From positions 9,286 to 73,285 of the forward strand of contig JADGRE010000001.1 in NCBI GenBank assembly GCA_017881185.1: a stretch of 64,000 nt of DNA, in the 5' to 3' direction. Positions within the stretch are counted from its first letter, which is position 1, and every line of letters begins with the position of its first letter. The stretch is from Pseudomonadota bacterium. GTDB lineage: Bacteria; Myxococcota_A; Polyangia; Polyangiales; JAFGIB01. The notes below the pieces were generated by a model. It saw only the letters and a program-made list of their open reading frames with translations. It was not told where the DNA came from and searched no databases. This document shows, piece by piece, positions 19,404-31,327 of the stretch. The translations under genes and the position numbers were made by a program.

Positions 19404-20597
19404 TTGAAGCGTGCCGCGCAGTTACACGCGCCACCCGGCAGGCTGGGCCGGCGCACGCTGGCGTGGGTGCTCTGCGCCGTGCTGGTGGCCGCCGCGCCAC
19501 CTGCCTATCGGCACGCCCGCGCCGCCGCGTTGCTCGTGCGCCTGTTGCACCCAGAGGACAAATCGCGCTGGGTGCAAGCGCTGCTCTCGCCCACGGAGCA
19601 GCGGGAGCTGAGCGTGCTGATGCCGGACGGTCGGCTGCGTGCACGCTTGTATACGCCGGCAGCGCAGCGCGACGCACCGGGCATCGTCTTGCTCCACGGC
19701 GTCCACGCGCTCGGCATCGACGAGCCGCGCCTGGTCGCGTTCGCACGGGCGCTGGCGGCGAGCGGCAACAACGTGCTCACACCCGAGCTGCCGGAGCTGC
19801 TGGCCTACCGCATCGACCCGAGCACGACCGACCGCATCCTGGCAGTGGCGCGCGACCACGCACGCCGCACCGGACAACGGGCGGTCGGCGTGGTGGGCAT
19901 CAGCTTCGCGGGCGGGCTGTCGCTGATGGCGGCGGCCAAGGAAGATCAACAGCAACCGATCGCGTTCGTGGTCGCGCTCGGCGCACACCACGATCTGATG
20001 CGACTGTGTCGGTACTACGCGGGTCAGCAGGTCGTCGGCCCTGCCGGCGAACCCACCAACGTGCGCCCGCATCCCTACGGAGCGCGCGTGATGTTGCGCG
20101 AGCATCTCGACCACTTCTTCGGACCCGCCGACCTCAGACAGGCCGACCTGGTGCTCGACACCTACCTGCACGACGAACACAAGCTCGCGCAGCAGCGCGC
20201 GCAGAGCCTGTCGGCCGACGGTCGGCGCGTGATGGCCGTGCTGCTCGACGAATCGCGCAGCGCGGAGCTCGGCAGCATGCTCATGCAGGCTGCAGCCGCA
20301 GCGCAGCGCGAGCTCGGGGCAGCCTCGCCTCGCGGCAAGCTCGCGCGCCTGTCGGTGCCAGCGCTGCTCGTGCACGGCACGGCCGACCCAGTGATCCCGA
20401 GCATCGAGACACTCTGGCTTGCGCGCGAAGTGCCCGCGCAGCAGCTGCGCAGCGTGCTGGTCACTCCGCTGTTGCGCCACGCGGACTTTCCACAACCACC
20501 CACCCTGACCAGCGCCTGGCAGGTGGTGCATTTCATCGCGCAGTTGCTGGCGGCGGCCGATGCAGCGGCACTCAGCCGGACACCAACAAGCCCCTGA
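19404..20597 (+). CDS. alpha/beta-fold hydrolase with N-terminal membrane anchor
   Basis: TLAWVLCAVLVAAAPP anchor, LLHGVHA, and the nucleophile elbow GISFAGG. Only the last ~397 codons of the 890-aa track ORF are used (TTG 19404). The upstream part is antisense to 17523-19364. Confidence 0.75.
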   Translation: MKRAAQLHAPPGRLGRRTLAWVLCAVLVAAAPPAYRHARAAALLVRLLHPEDKSRWVQALLSPTEQRELSVLMPDGRLRARLYTPAAQRDAPGIVLLHGVHALGIDEPRLVAFARALAASGNNVLTPELPELLAYRIDPSTTDRILAVARDHARRTGQRAVGVVGISFAGGLSLMAAAKEDQQQPIAFVVALGAHHDLMRLCRYYAGQQVVGPAGEPTNVRPHPYGARVMLREHLDHFFGPADLRQADLVLDTYLHDEHKLAQQRAQSLSADGRRVMAVLLDESRSAELGSMLMQAAAAAQRELGAASPRGKLARLSVPALLVHGTADPVIPSIETLWLAREVPAQQLRSVLVTPLLRHADFPQPPTLTSAWQVVHFIAQLLAAADAAALSRTPTSP

Positions 20598-21201
20598 TGC
20601 CGAACTCGAAGAGCGAGCTTGCAAGCGTCTGGCGATCCGGCGAGCGCGTGCGCTCCGTCACGAGTTGGTGCAGGAACGCCTCCTTGAACGCGCCGATCAG
20701 TGCCGTGGCGACGACCGCTTCGTTCACGCGGCGTGTGAGCCCGCTCTTGGCGCCATTCACGAGCGCGCCTTCGACCATCTCGCGCAGAAAACCATAGAGC
20801 CGGTCGAGCTTGGCATCGACGTCCGCGTTGAGCCCGCGGCTCTCGCGCAGCACCATCATCGTGAGGTCGGGATGATCGAACGCGACGTCCACCACGCGCT
20901 GCACGTTCTCGAGGATGCGGCGTGCCGGCTCGGGCTTCTTCGGGTCGACCACCACCAGCGCGTCGGTCATGAGCCCGATGAAGCGCTCGATCAACTGCAG
21001 GAACAGCGCGTCTTTGCTGTCGAAGTAGATGTAGAAGGTGCCGCGTGAGATGCCCGCTGCGTCGATCACGTCGGAGATGGAGGCCGCATGGTAGCCGTGC
21101 TGGCTGAAGATGCGCTCGGCCGCGCTCAAGATGGCTTCGCGGCGCTCGGAGCGTTTCTGCTCTGCGCGGCGACTGCGTCCATCTGCGGTTGCGAGCTTCA
21201 T
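20572..21201 (-). CDS. TetR-family transcriptional regulator
   Basis: HTH region REAILSAAERIFSQHGYHAASISDVIDAAGISRGTFYIYF. It is the last gene of the lipid operon, 7 nt after the lipid-kinase stop. Confidence 0.9.
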   Translation of the reverse strand: MKLATADGRSRRAEQKRSERREAILSAAERIFSQHGYHAASISDVIDAAGISRGTFYIYFDSKDALFLQLIERFIGLMTDALVVVDPKKPEPARRILENVQRVVDVAFDHPDLTMMVLRESRGLNADVDAKLDRLYGFLREMVEGALVNGAKSGLTRRVNEAVVATALIGAFKEAFLHQLVTERTRSPDRQTLASSLFEFGIRGLLVSG

Positions 21202-21208
21202 GTGATTT

Positions 21209-22114
21209 CTACACGAGCACGTCGAGCGCGCCGGGCAGCACCTCGATGCGCTGGGGTTGGTAGGTGAACACCTCGCCGTCGATCATGAGATCGACTGGAG
21301 CGTGTTCGAAGAGCTCGACCATGCGAGCACGCGATGCGGTGACCGCGTGGTGGTGCACGTGATGACCACGGAAGATCTTGGGAAAAGTCTCGAGCAGCGT
21401 GAGCCGACCCATCTTGCCGCAGACGACGACGTCGACCTGACCGTCTGCGGTATCGGCATACGGCGCCATCATCATGCTGCCGCCTGTGTAGCGGCTGTTG
21501 TTTATCGACACGAAGGTCGCGTCTTGCTCCCATATTGCGCCGCCATCGAGGCGCAAGCGCATGGGTCGGCTGTGCAAACGCGCCAGCGTGGCCACCACAC
21601 CGAGGCCGTAGCCCGCGGCACCCAAAGGCTTGAAACGCCGGTTGGTGAGCGTGCACACGTCGGCGACGAAGCCGTAGCTGAGGATGTTGAGGTAGTGCAG
21701 CACGCCCTGCGTGTGCGTGAGGCGCACGGCGTCGCAGGCGCGCGCGCGGCGCTGCAGGATTGCATCCATCGCCGTCTGCGCGCTGCCGTCGCCGAAGTCA
21801 CGCAGAAATGAATTGCCGGTGCCGAGCGGCAGAAATCCCAGCGTGACGCGCGCGGCAGGATCGCTTGCGCCGAGCTGAGGTGCCAAGCCGTTGAGCACTT
21901 CGAAGCTCGTACCGTCACCGCCGACGACGATGAACTGGCGAACGCCCTCGGCCAATGCCTGTGCAGCCAAGCGCGTGCCATCACCTGCTGCCTCGGTGTA
22001 GCGCGCGTCGATCGCGACGCCCTGCGAGCGCAGCTGCTCGAGCGCGGCCGGCGCCAGCTTGGCGCAACGGCCGTTGCCCGCAGCGAGATTGACGATGGCG
22101 ACGAATCCTTGCGT
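21209..22114 (-). CDS. DAG-kinase-family lipid kinase (YegS/BmrU-like); start codon unresolved
   Basis: VVGGDGT motif. Domain-like sequence FVAIVNLAAGNG... continues in frame up to the TAG of the upstream gene, with no ATG/GTG/TTG before TTG 21970. AGGAGG overlaps that TAG (see findings). Confidence 0.75.
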   Translation of the reverse strand, partial: TQGFVAIVNLAAGNGRCAKLAPAALEQLRSQGVAIDARYTEAAGDGTRLAAQALAEGVRQFIVVGGDGTSFEVLNGLAPQLGASDPAARVTLGFLPLGTGNSFLRDFGDGSAQTAMDAILQRRARACDAVRLTHTQGVLHYLNILSYGFVADVCTLTNRRFKPLGAAGYGLGVVATLARLHSRPMRLRLDGGAIWEQDATFVSINNSRYTGGSMMMAPYADTADGQVDVVVCGKMGRLTLLETFPKIFRGHHVHHHAVTASRARMVELFEHAPVDLMIDGEVFTYQPQRIEVLPGALDVLV

Positions 22115-22123
22115 AAGCGCCTC

Positions 22124-23826
<1,703 letters not shown>

Positions 23827-23830
<4 letters not shown>

Positions 23831-24627
23831 GGTGCCCCCGATCGCGTGGTCGCGGGCAAGTATGGCATGGCGTCGCTGCGGCCCACGAAGTCTGCGAGCG
23901 CCGCCTGCACGCGCGGGTCCACGAAGAGCTCGAGGAAAAGCGCTTTCTCCGCAGCAAGCTCCCCGCTGGGCACCGGCTTCATGAACGCTTTGGCGCTGGC
24001 TGCTGCTTGCCGCGAGAACAGGCCCGTTTGCTTGGCCGTCGCGCGCGCAACGGCCAGCGCTTCACCTGCCGCCACCAGCTGCGAGACCAAGCCCAGCGCG
24101 TACGCGCGCTTCGCCCCGAGGCTGCGCCCGCTGAGAATCAGGTCGCGAATCACGGCATTGGGCAGCTCGCGACGCAGCCGTGGGATGCCGCCGAAGCCGG
24201 GAATGATGCCCAGGCGCAGCTCCGGAAACGCAAAGCGCGTGCTGCGGTCTGCGATGAGCAGGTCGCAGGTCAGCGCAAGCTCGAAGCCTCCACCGAAGCA
24301 AACGCCGTGCAGCGCGGCGATGGTCGTCTGCGGCAGACGGTCGAGACCATCCATCACGGCGTGGATGCGGTCGAGGAAGGCGCGCAACTCGGGAAGATAC
24401 GCCGCGGGCTCACGCCCCGCGATGCCGGCATACAGCGCACGCAGGTCGGCGCCCGCGCAGAAGCCCTGGCTCTGCGTGCTGTGGATGATCACGGCGTGCG
24501 CGTCGGAAGCACGCACCTCCGCGACGAAACGCTCGAGCGCGGCGACCAGCTCCATGCCGATCTCGTTGCATGGCTGCTGCGCCAGCGCGAGCTCGTACAC
24601 ATCGCCTTGGCGCACCCACGAGATCAT
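23827..24627 (-). CDS. enoyl-CoA hydratase/isomerase (crotonase) family protein
   Basis: GFCAGADL oxyanion-hole region and GGGFELAL. ATGA overlaps on both sides. Confidence 0.9.
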
Positions 24628-26252
24628 CGGTACAGCTCCTCGATGGCCTGCTGGTAGTGCTGCTCGATCACGCGGCGCCGCAGCTTCTGGTTCGCCGTGA
24701 GCAGCCCACTCTCGATCGTGAACGGCTCCGGTGCATGGTAGAGCTTGCGCAAGCGCTGGTAGTGCGGCAGCTGCGCATTGACAGCGTCGCGCGCGCGATC
24801 GAGCTCGCCCTGCCCGACCTGTCCGGTGACGATGGCCGTGAGAAAGGGTCTGCCGTGCCCAACCACGACGGCCTGCTCGATGCCTGTGCCCGACAACACG
24901 AGCTTCTCTTCGATCGGCGCCGGTGCCACGTTGTGCCCCGACTCCGGCACGATCACGTCCTTCAAGCGACCGACCACCTGCAAGCTGCCAGAGTCGTCGA
25001 TCGCGGCCTGGTCGCCGGTGTAGAGCCAGCCGTCACGCACGGTCTGTGCGGTGGCCTCCGGGCGATTCCAGTAACCCGCGAACACGTTGCGCCCACGGCA
25101 CATCAGCTCGCCGTCTTCGCTCAGCTTGATCTCGCAGCCCGGCACGGCGTAGCCCACGCGACCGGGCTCTAAGTGCTTGGTGTCGTCGATCGTGACGATG
25201 CCCGTGGTCTCCGTCAGGCCATACACCTGGTACACGGGAAGGCCGATCATCTCGAACCAGCGTTGGGTCTCCTCGCTCAAGCGCGCCGAACCGCAGATCA
25301 GGAACTCGAGGTTCGGCCCGATCAGCTGCTTGATGCGCGGGAACAGCAGCTTCTGAGCGAGCATGAGCCACATACGCTCGCGCACTGCGGTGGCGCCTGT
25401 GGCACCCGCGCGCTGCGCCGCGAACGCGCGCTGGTGCAACGCCCACACCGGCTTGCCCATGCCAGCCAGCCGCGTCTCGACACCCTTGCGGATGCGTTCT
25501 AGCAATACCGGCACGTTCAGGTAGTAGTGCGGCTTGGCCGTGCGCAGCTCCTCCTGCAAGTTGTCGAGGTTCGTCGAGATCCACAGGGGATTGCCGCGAC
25601 GCAGCTGACTCCACAGCATGATACGCGAGCCCGCGAAGCAGAACGGCAGGTAGTGGAACACGCGGTCTTCGTTGCGCGTGCCGACTGACATCTGCGCGAT
25701 GCGCTGCACGGTGACGTCCAGCATGAACTCCACGTTGTCGGCAGTGAGCACGGCACCTTTCGGCTCACCGCTGGTGCCGGAGGTGTAGATGATGGTCACC
25801 GGCGCAGCAGCGGCGATCGGCACGCTCGACTCGACGACAGGCTGACACGCGAACAGCTCGTCGTAGATCGCGACCGGACACGCTTTGGGCCAGGCCGCCG
25901 TCAGCGCCGCGGCGAGCTTGCCGTCGGCTGCAATCACCACACGCGGCGTGGCGTCGTCCAGCATGCCCGCGAGCTGATGCGGATCTTGGCGCGCATACAG
26001 CGGCACGACGATGGCACCCTCGGCCATGATGGCGAGGTCCACGGCCGCCCAACGCGCAGAGTTCGGAGCGAGCAGCGCGACGCGATCGCCTGCGACCACG
26101 CCGGCACGCCGCAACCATGCACGCGCACGCCCGACGGTCTCGACGAAGGCGCTGCCGGAGCACGGCTCGACGTTGCTGCCATGCACCTGGAGCAAGAGAG
26201 GCTCTGCCGCGCGCGCCCGGGCAGACTCCAGAATGTCCGCGACGAAGCTCAC
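24624..26252 (-). CDS. AMP-dependent synthetase/ligase
   Basis: IIYTSGTSGEPKG, YGLTE and YTGD motifs. GTG start with GTGA overlap. Confidence 0.9.
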   Translation of the reverse strand: MSFVADILESARARAAEPLLLQVHGSNVEPCSGSAFVETVGRARAWLRRAGVVAGDRVALLAPNSARWAAVDLAIMAEGAIVVPLYARQDPHQLAGMLDDATPRVVIAADGKLAAALTAAWPKACPVAIYDELFACQPVVESSVPIAAAAPVTIIYTSGTSGEPKGAVLTADNVEFMLDVTVQRIAQMSVGTRNEDRVFHYLPFCFAGSRIMLWSQLRRGNPLWISTNLDNLQEELRTAKPHYYLNVPVLLERIRKGVETRLAGMGKPVWALHQRAFAAQRAGATGATAVRERMWLMLAQKLLFPRIKQLIGPNLEFLICGSARLSEETQRWFEMIGLPVYQVYGLTETTGIVTIDDTKHLEPGRVGYAVPGCEIKLSEDGELMCRGRNVFAGYWNRPEATAQTVRDGWLYTGDQAAIDDSGSLQVVGRLKDVIVPESGHNVAPAPIEEKLVLSGTGIEQAVVVGHGRPFLTAIVTGQVGQGELDRARDAVNAQLPHYQRLRKLYHAPEPFTIESGLLTANQKLRRRVIEQHYQQAIEELYR

Positions 26253-27694
26253 GTGAACGCCTCCATCAACGCCAGGCTGCCGCGCGACAGCGGCGGCAAG
26301 TAGTGCTCGGGCGAACGCGGCACATTGCGCCGTGGGAACGCGGGATACACGCGCAGCACCTCGTCTTCGAGGTCGATGCCCATCTGCCCCATCTTCAAGA
26401 TCTGGCCCGGCACGAAGCGCAAGATCTCTTCGCGCACGCGCTCGCGCTCGGCGTACGCGTAGCGCATCGCCTCGAGCAAGCGCGGCGCGAGGTCGTCGTC
26501 GTCCACTCGGAACAGCAGATCGCGATGCTTGCGGTCGTGCAACAAATTGTGGATGCGCTCGTCCATCGTCACACCGACGGACGGCACTCCGCCGGGCATC
26601 GACGTGACGATCGCGTGGTAACGCGAGCTCACTAGCAGCGAAGCCTGACGCAGCACGCTGACCAGCGTGTACATGTCATGCTCGTCGCTCACCAAGAGCG
26701 GCGCACCGGCCGGCAGCCGTGACGCAAGCTCTTCGCAAGCACGGCGATCGAGCTGCTCCATGCCCACGCAGGCCACGAACGCGCCGCTCTCTTCCGCGAA
26801 GCTGCTGACAGCCTCGGCAAGAGCGTCGAGATAGTCTTCGTAGCGGTTCTCCGCGTCCTGCGACCAGGTGTGGAAGTACACCGAGTTGTAGTGCTCTTCA
26901 CGAAACTGCCCGAACAGACCGCGCGCCGCGGCCTTGAGCAGGTCGGGCTTGGCCGGCCAGTAGAACGGGTTGATCGGACACACGATGAGCAGCGGCCGCT
27001 CGCCGTCCCAGCCCGCGTCGCGCAGACGCGCGCGACCGACCTCGGGCCCCGCAGGCTCGAAAGTCCAGGCCGTGTCGGTGCCGCTCTTGGTGCGAATGCC
27101 CATGCCTTCCAGAATCTCGCGCGACGGCTCGTTGCGGCAGATGACCAGCGACTGGCCGCATTGCTTACGCACGAACGCAGCCAGGCTCTCGTCCATGTCG
27201 CCCGCCTCGGCGCCATAACCCACGCTCAGCTTGCCTTCCACCGCCGCCATGCCCAGCGCACCGGCCATCATGGTGGACAGCGCGTTCGCGAACTTCGACT
27301 TGAACATCGAGCCCTCGCACGCGATCACGCCGTGATGCCTGGGGCACTCGGTGAACAGAAACCTGGGAAACACCGGCGGCAGGTGCAGCTGACGCACGCT
27401 GCGGAAATAGCCAGCCGACAATTGCGGGTCGATGGTGAGCGCGGAGAGCTCCAGCTGCTCGTCGCCAAAGATCGCTCGAAACTGCCGGATCATCTCTTCG
27501 ACGCGCACGTCGGCGCCGGTGTTGCGCGTGCCGACGTAGCCGGCCAAGAGCAGCTTCAGCGGCTGGCCCGGCCGATAGCGCTGCTGCTGCAGCTCGAGCG
27601 CGTACTTCACACCGGCTGTCTCGATGAGCCCGTTCATGGCCGCCTGCAACGCACGGTCCGGATCGGTGAGCTTGTCGAAGAATCGGCCGATCAT
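26249..27694 (-). CDS. polysaccharide pyruvyl transferase family-like protein
   Basis: KLLLAGYVGTRNTGADVR, CEGSMFKS, CRNEPSREILEGMGI and GTDTAW resemble WcaK/CsaB-type pyruvyl transferases. ATG 27694 (MIGRFF) gives an ATGA overlap, so the track start at 27940 was rejected. Confidence 0.65.
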   Translation of the reverse strand: MIGRFFDKLTDPDRALQAAMNGLIETAGVKYALELQQQRYRPGQPLKLLLAGYVGTRNTGADVRVEEMIRQFRAIFGDEQLELSALTIDPQLSAGYFRSVRQLHLPPVFPRFLFTECPRHHGVIACEGSMFKSKFANALSTMMAGALGMAAVEGKLSVGYGAEAGDMDESLAAFVRKQCGQSLVICRNEPSREILEGMGIRTKSGTDTAWTFEPAGPEVGRARLRDAGWDGERPLLIVCPINPFYWPAKPDLLKAAARGLFGQFREEHYNSVYFHTWSQDAENRYEDYLDALAEAVSSFAEESGAFVACVGMEQLDRRACEELASRLPAGAPLLVSDEHDMYTLVSVLRQASLLVSSRYHAIVTSMPGGVPSVGVTMDERIHNLLHDRKHRDLLFRVDDDDLAPRLLEAMRYAYAERERVREEILRFVPGQILKMGQMGIDLEDEVLRVYPAFPRRNVPRSPEHYLPPLSRGSLALMEAFT

Positions 27695-28863
27695 GCGCGC
27701 ACCGACTCCTGCGTGCTGCCGGCCGGATGGACACTCGCACTCACGACAGACGGCCACGGGCGGTACGGATACGCGAGCGCATTGTCGACCGCGAAGTCGA
27801 GCAAGCGCGACGCATACGCGCTGAACGGCGCCGGCGCCTCGCCGAGCTCGGCGACGATGCGGCTGTTGTCGAACACGGTGTCGAAGCACAAGTACGGCAA
27901 GAACACCTTGAGCAACGACGCCGGCCCCGATACACCCCACTGCCTCCGGGTACCCGCAAGCGAGTCCACCGTGCGCGAGAAGCCCGGGTTCAAGCGCGGC
28001 GCGAACACGTGGTGCAGGCGCTTACCGTGCAAGCGCAAGCTGTCGAGGATCTGCCGGTAGGTGAGCGAGCCCTCGCCCGAGCTGAGGTGATAGCACCCAT
28101 GGTTCAGCTGCGGTCGCTGGTGCACCGCGACGATGGCGCGCCCCACGTAGTCCGCTGGCACGATGTCCAGGCGCCACTCGGGCACGAACGGTAGCACCGG
28201 CAAGCGCGCCAGCATCACGAACGCACGCACCATGTCGAACTGCGTGGTCTGCGCGATGCGGCTGTCACCCAGCACGATGCTCGGCCGGAAGACCACGCTG
28301 GAGACGTCGGGCAGCAGCTCGTGCAGCATGTGCTCCGCGAACTTCTTGGTGCGCGCGTACGGGTCGTAGTCGCTGCGCTCCCAGTCGATCGCCGTGTCCT
28401 CGTGCACCGTCTCGCCGTTGCGCATCCCGGCCACTGCAGTGGTCGACACGTCGCTGAAGCGTCTCAGGCCGTGGGCCTGTTGCGCGGCGCGCGCGAGCTT
28501 GAGCACCTCGAGGCAGCCGCGCAGATTCACGTTCATGCAGGTCTTGGCCGACTTGCGATTGAGTGACGCTGCGATGTGGATGATCGAATCGGTCGCGCGC
28601 ACCAGGCGCGCCCAGTCGCTGTCGGACTGCCCCAGGTGCGGCTGCGTGATGTCTCCGAGGTAGACATCCACGCGCGAGCCCACCAGCGCCTCGAACTCGG
28701 GGAACCCCATGTGCAGCTGCAACGCCTTCCACAGCCGCTGCCGCGCCTCGTCCACGTCGCGCGCGCGCACCAGCAGCGCCAGGCGCTCGCCGTGCTCACG
28801 CAACAAACCGCAGACCACATACGAGCCAAGGTAGCCCGTGCCGCCTGTCACGAAGATCGCCAT
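27691..28863 (-). CDS. NAD(P)-dependent reductase, extended SDR (thioester/acyl-CoA reductase-like)
   Basis: IFVTGGTGYLGSYV Rossmann motif and YARTK (YxxxK). ATG 28863 overlaps the upstream TGA by 1 nt. Confidence 0.85.
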   Translation of the reverse strand: MAIFVTGGTGYLGSYVVCGLLREHGERLALLVRARDVDEARQRLWKALQLHMGFPEFEALVGSRVDVYLGDITQPHLGQSDSDWARLVRATDSIIHIAASLNRKSAKTCMNVNLRGCLEVLKLARAAQQAHGLRRFSDVSTTAVAGMRNGETVHEDTAIDWERSDYDPYARTKKFAEHMLHELLPDVSSVVFRPSIVLGDSRIAQTTQFDMVRAFVMLARLPVLPFVPEWRLDIVPADYVGRAIVAVHQRPQLNHGCYHLSSGEGSLTYRQILDSLRLHGKRLHHVFAPRLNPGFSRTVDSLAGTRRQWGVSGPASLLKVFLPYLCFDTVFDNSRIVAELGEAPAPFSAYASRLLDFAVDNALAYPYRPWPSVVSASVHPAGSTQESVRA

Positions 28864-30614
28864 CAAACCTCGCTGATGCCTGCGTGCAGGCCGCGTTCGC
28901 CATGCAGGCTCGTGTCGTCGCTGCGCGAGACGGGCGCTTCCGAAAGTCGCACTGGGTGCTCCGAGCGATAACGCTCGGGCCGCTTGCCGTCGATCAGCGG
29001 GAACGCCCAGCGCCGCAAGCCCGGCATGTGAATGTCGAGCCAGTACTTGCGCCAGTCGAGCTGCGCGAGCGGATACGCGAACTCCGCTTCGAGCGCCGGG
29101 TGCGTATCGAGCGCCCGACTGACGAACACGTAGAAGCTCTCGTACATGAACGGCAGGTACATATCGACGAGCATCTCGATCTGCTCGAAGCTCTCGTCCA
29201 GCTCGCGCCCGCGGGCCGCCAGTGGCTCGGCCTTCTTGCGCAGCTTGTCGGGCAGCAGATCCAGTGCTTCCTGCCACACCCGCACGGCAGCGCGGTTGTT
29301 CTTGATGCCCATCAGCACGTCAGGCTCGACCAGCACGGCATCCCAGCGCGACTTCAGCACGCGCTCCTGCCGAGTGCGGTGACGCTCGCGAAAGTGCCGA
29401 CGGTGCGACAGCACGATCAGCTCCGCCGCACGCCCCACCGAGCAGCGATTCCGGTCGGAAGAACCGATGTGATACACGGGCCGGTGCCGATCGACGGCGA
29501 GCGCGGCCGCCGCAATCGTCATCGCCTTGCACACCAGGTCCACGGGGATCACGTCGAACGGGGCATCGGGTTTCGCCGGCACCATCCTGAACCAAGTGCC
29601 CATCACGTAGGCCAGGGGCGCGCTACCGTTGAAGCTCTCGTTCCAACCTGGGAACGGAAACTCGAGCGAGCTCTCCACGATCGACGGCCGCAACACCGAG
29701 AAGCGCAGCTTGTCGGCGCGCGATGCGAGCAGGCGCTCCGCCATGCTCTTGGTGTACGTGTACGTATTGGGCCAGCCCCAACGCGTGGCACGACGCATGC
29801 CCTCGTCGACCAGCGCCTGCTTCACGCGCTCGCGCTGCCGCTTGCGCACCAGTGTCTCGATCACCTTCGGGTGCTGATCGCTGCGCCCCTGCTTCTGCAG
29901 ATCTTCCAGCACGTCTTCGCGCGCGATGCGACGCTCGTCCTCGTGGTCGTGCGCACGCACGATTGCGTCCACCGCGGCACGCGCATCGGCAAGCTCGGTC
30001 TGCGCACAAAACGCTTCGCCCGACGGCGCGGTGTCGTCCGGCAGCTGCTCCGCAATCTGCCCGTGGCGCGAGCCTGCGACATAGCAGGTCGAGATGTGCA
30101 AGAGCGCCGCGTGATCGCAGCGCGCCACGAAGTCGGCAATCTGCGTGGTCGCGTCCACGTTCGAGCCGAGCGCCTTGCGCAGATCGGGCTTGAAGTCGAC
30201 GAGCCCCGCGCAGTGGATCAGCACATCCAGATCACGACGCAACCTGCGCACCACCTCGGGCCGCAAGCCGAGATCCGGATCCGACAGCTCGCCCTCCACC
30301 ACTTCCACGCGCTGCGCCAGGTACTCCGACAGCCGCGCGCCGAAGCGCTCGTGCAGCGGCCGGAACGCCGGCGAGGTGTTGATCATCTTCTCGAAGCGTT
30401 GACGCGCTGGAACGAGCGCCTTGGGCCGCAGGAACACGTAGATGCGCTCGAGCTCGGGCAGCTGCGTGAGTACTTGCGACAACCACACCTTGCCGAGAAA
30501 GCCGGAACCGCCAGTGAGGAACACGTGGCGGCCCGCGAGCGACTGTCGGATCGACAAGGGTCGCGCGGCATCCGCCATGCCGTGAGCGCTGGCGTCGGTT
30601 CGAGACTCAGACAT
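28863..30614 (-). CDS. fatty acyl-CoA reductase-like protein (NAD_binding_4-type N-terminal domain plus C-terminal extension)
   Basis: VFLTGGSGFLGKVWL, IYVFLRPK and YTYTK (YxxxK), plus a C-terminal domain of about 200 aa. Confidence 0.85.
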   Translation of the reverse strand: MSESRTDASAHGMADAARPLSIRQSLAGRHVFLTGGSGFLGKVWLSQVLTQLPELERIYVFLRPKALVPARQRFEKMINTSPAFRPLHERFGARLSEYLAQRVEVVEGELSDPDLGLRPEVVRRLRRDLDVLIHCAGLVDFKPDLRKALGSNVDATTQIADFVARCDHAALLHISTCYVAGSRHGQIAEQLPDDTAPSGEAFCAQTELADARAAVDAIVRAHDHEDERRIAREDVLEDLQKQGRSDQHPKVIETLVRKRQRERVKQALVDEGMRRATRWGWPNTYTYTKSMAERLLASRADKLRFSVLRPSIVESSLEFPFPGWNESFNGSAPLAYVMGTWFRMVPAKPDAPFDVIPVDLVCKAMTIAAAALAVDRHRPVYHIGSSDRNRCSVGRAAELIVLSHRRHFRERHRTRQERVLKSRWDAVLVEPDVLMGIKNNRAAVRVWQEALDLLPDKLRKKAEPLAARGRELDESFEQIEMLVDMYLPFMYESFYVFVSRALDTHPALEAEFAYPLAQLDWRKYWLDIHMPGLRRWAFPLIDGKRPERYRSEHPVRLSEAPVSRSDDTSLHGERGLHAGISEV

Positions 30615-31293
30615 GGTAGTCCATGACCGGCCAGCGCGAATCGCGCGCCGCGCGCCGCAAGGTGTAGTCAGGGTTCACCGCACACGGCTGCCCCACGCGC
30701 GACAGCAAGAGCAGGTCGGGACCATGCGACACGTACGCGCTGCAGCGCGCCAAGTCCAAGTCGTGCTCCTGCGCATACGTGGCCGCCCACACGGCCGAGT
30801 CGTGCCCGCCCACCACCGGCGGCACGAGCCTGCCCGTGGCTTTGCCGTCGCGTATCTCGAGATGATTACACACGTAGTCGTCCACGATGCGCAGCTGAGC
30901 CACGAGCGGCGCCATCACCTGCGCGAGACTGTCGGCGATGACCACCACGCGCTTGCCCTCGCGACGCGCGCGTCGAATCAGCTCGAGCCCGCCTTCCAAA
31001 ATGCGTTCGCGCAGGATGTTGTCGAAGTACTCTTGCGCCAGCTCGGCGATGCGGTCCTCGCTCATACCGCGCAGAGCCAAGTACGCCAGGCGGTTGGCCA
31101 GCACCCGATCGCTCTGCCCCAGCACCTCGTAGACCGGCGACGCCCAGGCGAGGTGGCCCAGGCGCAGCGCACGTTCCCCGAACCCAGCGGCGTTGGCGGC
31201 GAAATAGGCGGCTGCGGCACGGGCGCCGCGTGCCAAGAGCACACCCTCAGCCCGCACGAACACCGCGCTCTGCTTTTCGTTGTCTGACTGCAT
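30607..31293 (-). CDS. HAD-IB-like protein with degenerate catalytic motif I
   Basis: The overall layout resembles HAD-IB (SerB-like) hydrolases. The expected FDxDxT is AVFVRAEGVL. It is the first gene of the operon. Confidence 0.6.
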   Translation of the reverse strand: MQSDNEKQSAVFVRAEGVLLARGARAAAAYFAANAAGFGERALRLGHLAWASPVYEVLGQSDRVLANRLAYLALRGMSEDRIAELAQEYFDNILRERILEGGLELIRRARREGKRVVVIADSLAQVMAPLVAQLRIVDDYVCNHLEIRDGKATGRLVPPVVGGHDSAVWAATYAQEHDLDLARCSAYVSHGPDLLLLSRVGQPCAVNPDYTLRRAARDSRWPVMDYHV

Positions 31294-31311
31294 CGGCGGG
31301 GGAGCATGTTA

Positions 31312-31327
31312 GACTGACACGTCAGTC
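31312..31327. promoter_or_regulatory. perfect 7-2-7 palindrome GACTGAC-AC-GTCAGTC (candidate operator)
   Basis: Read directly. It lies 19-34 nt upstream of the first ATG of the lipid operon, with related half-sites (CTGACTG, ACTGTCA) flanking it. Confidence 0.35.

Noticed and set aside
28884-30626. 580-aa plus-strand ORF antisense to the FAR-like gene (similar shadows at 21981-23147, 23420-24700 and 26870-28060)
   Set aside because: No motifs and an Arg/His/Gln-rich composition. The minus-strand genes carry clear Rossmann, AMP-binding and crotonase motifs and have coupled starts and stops.
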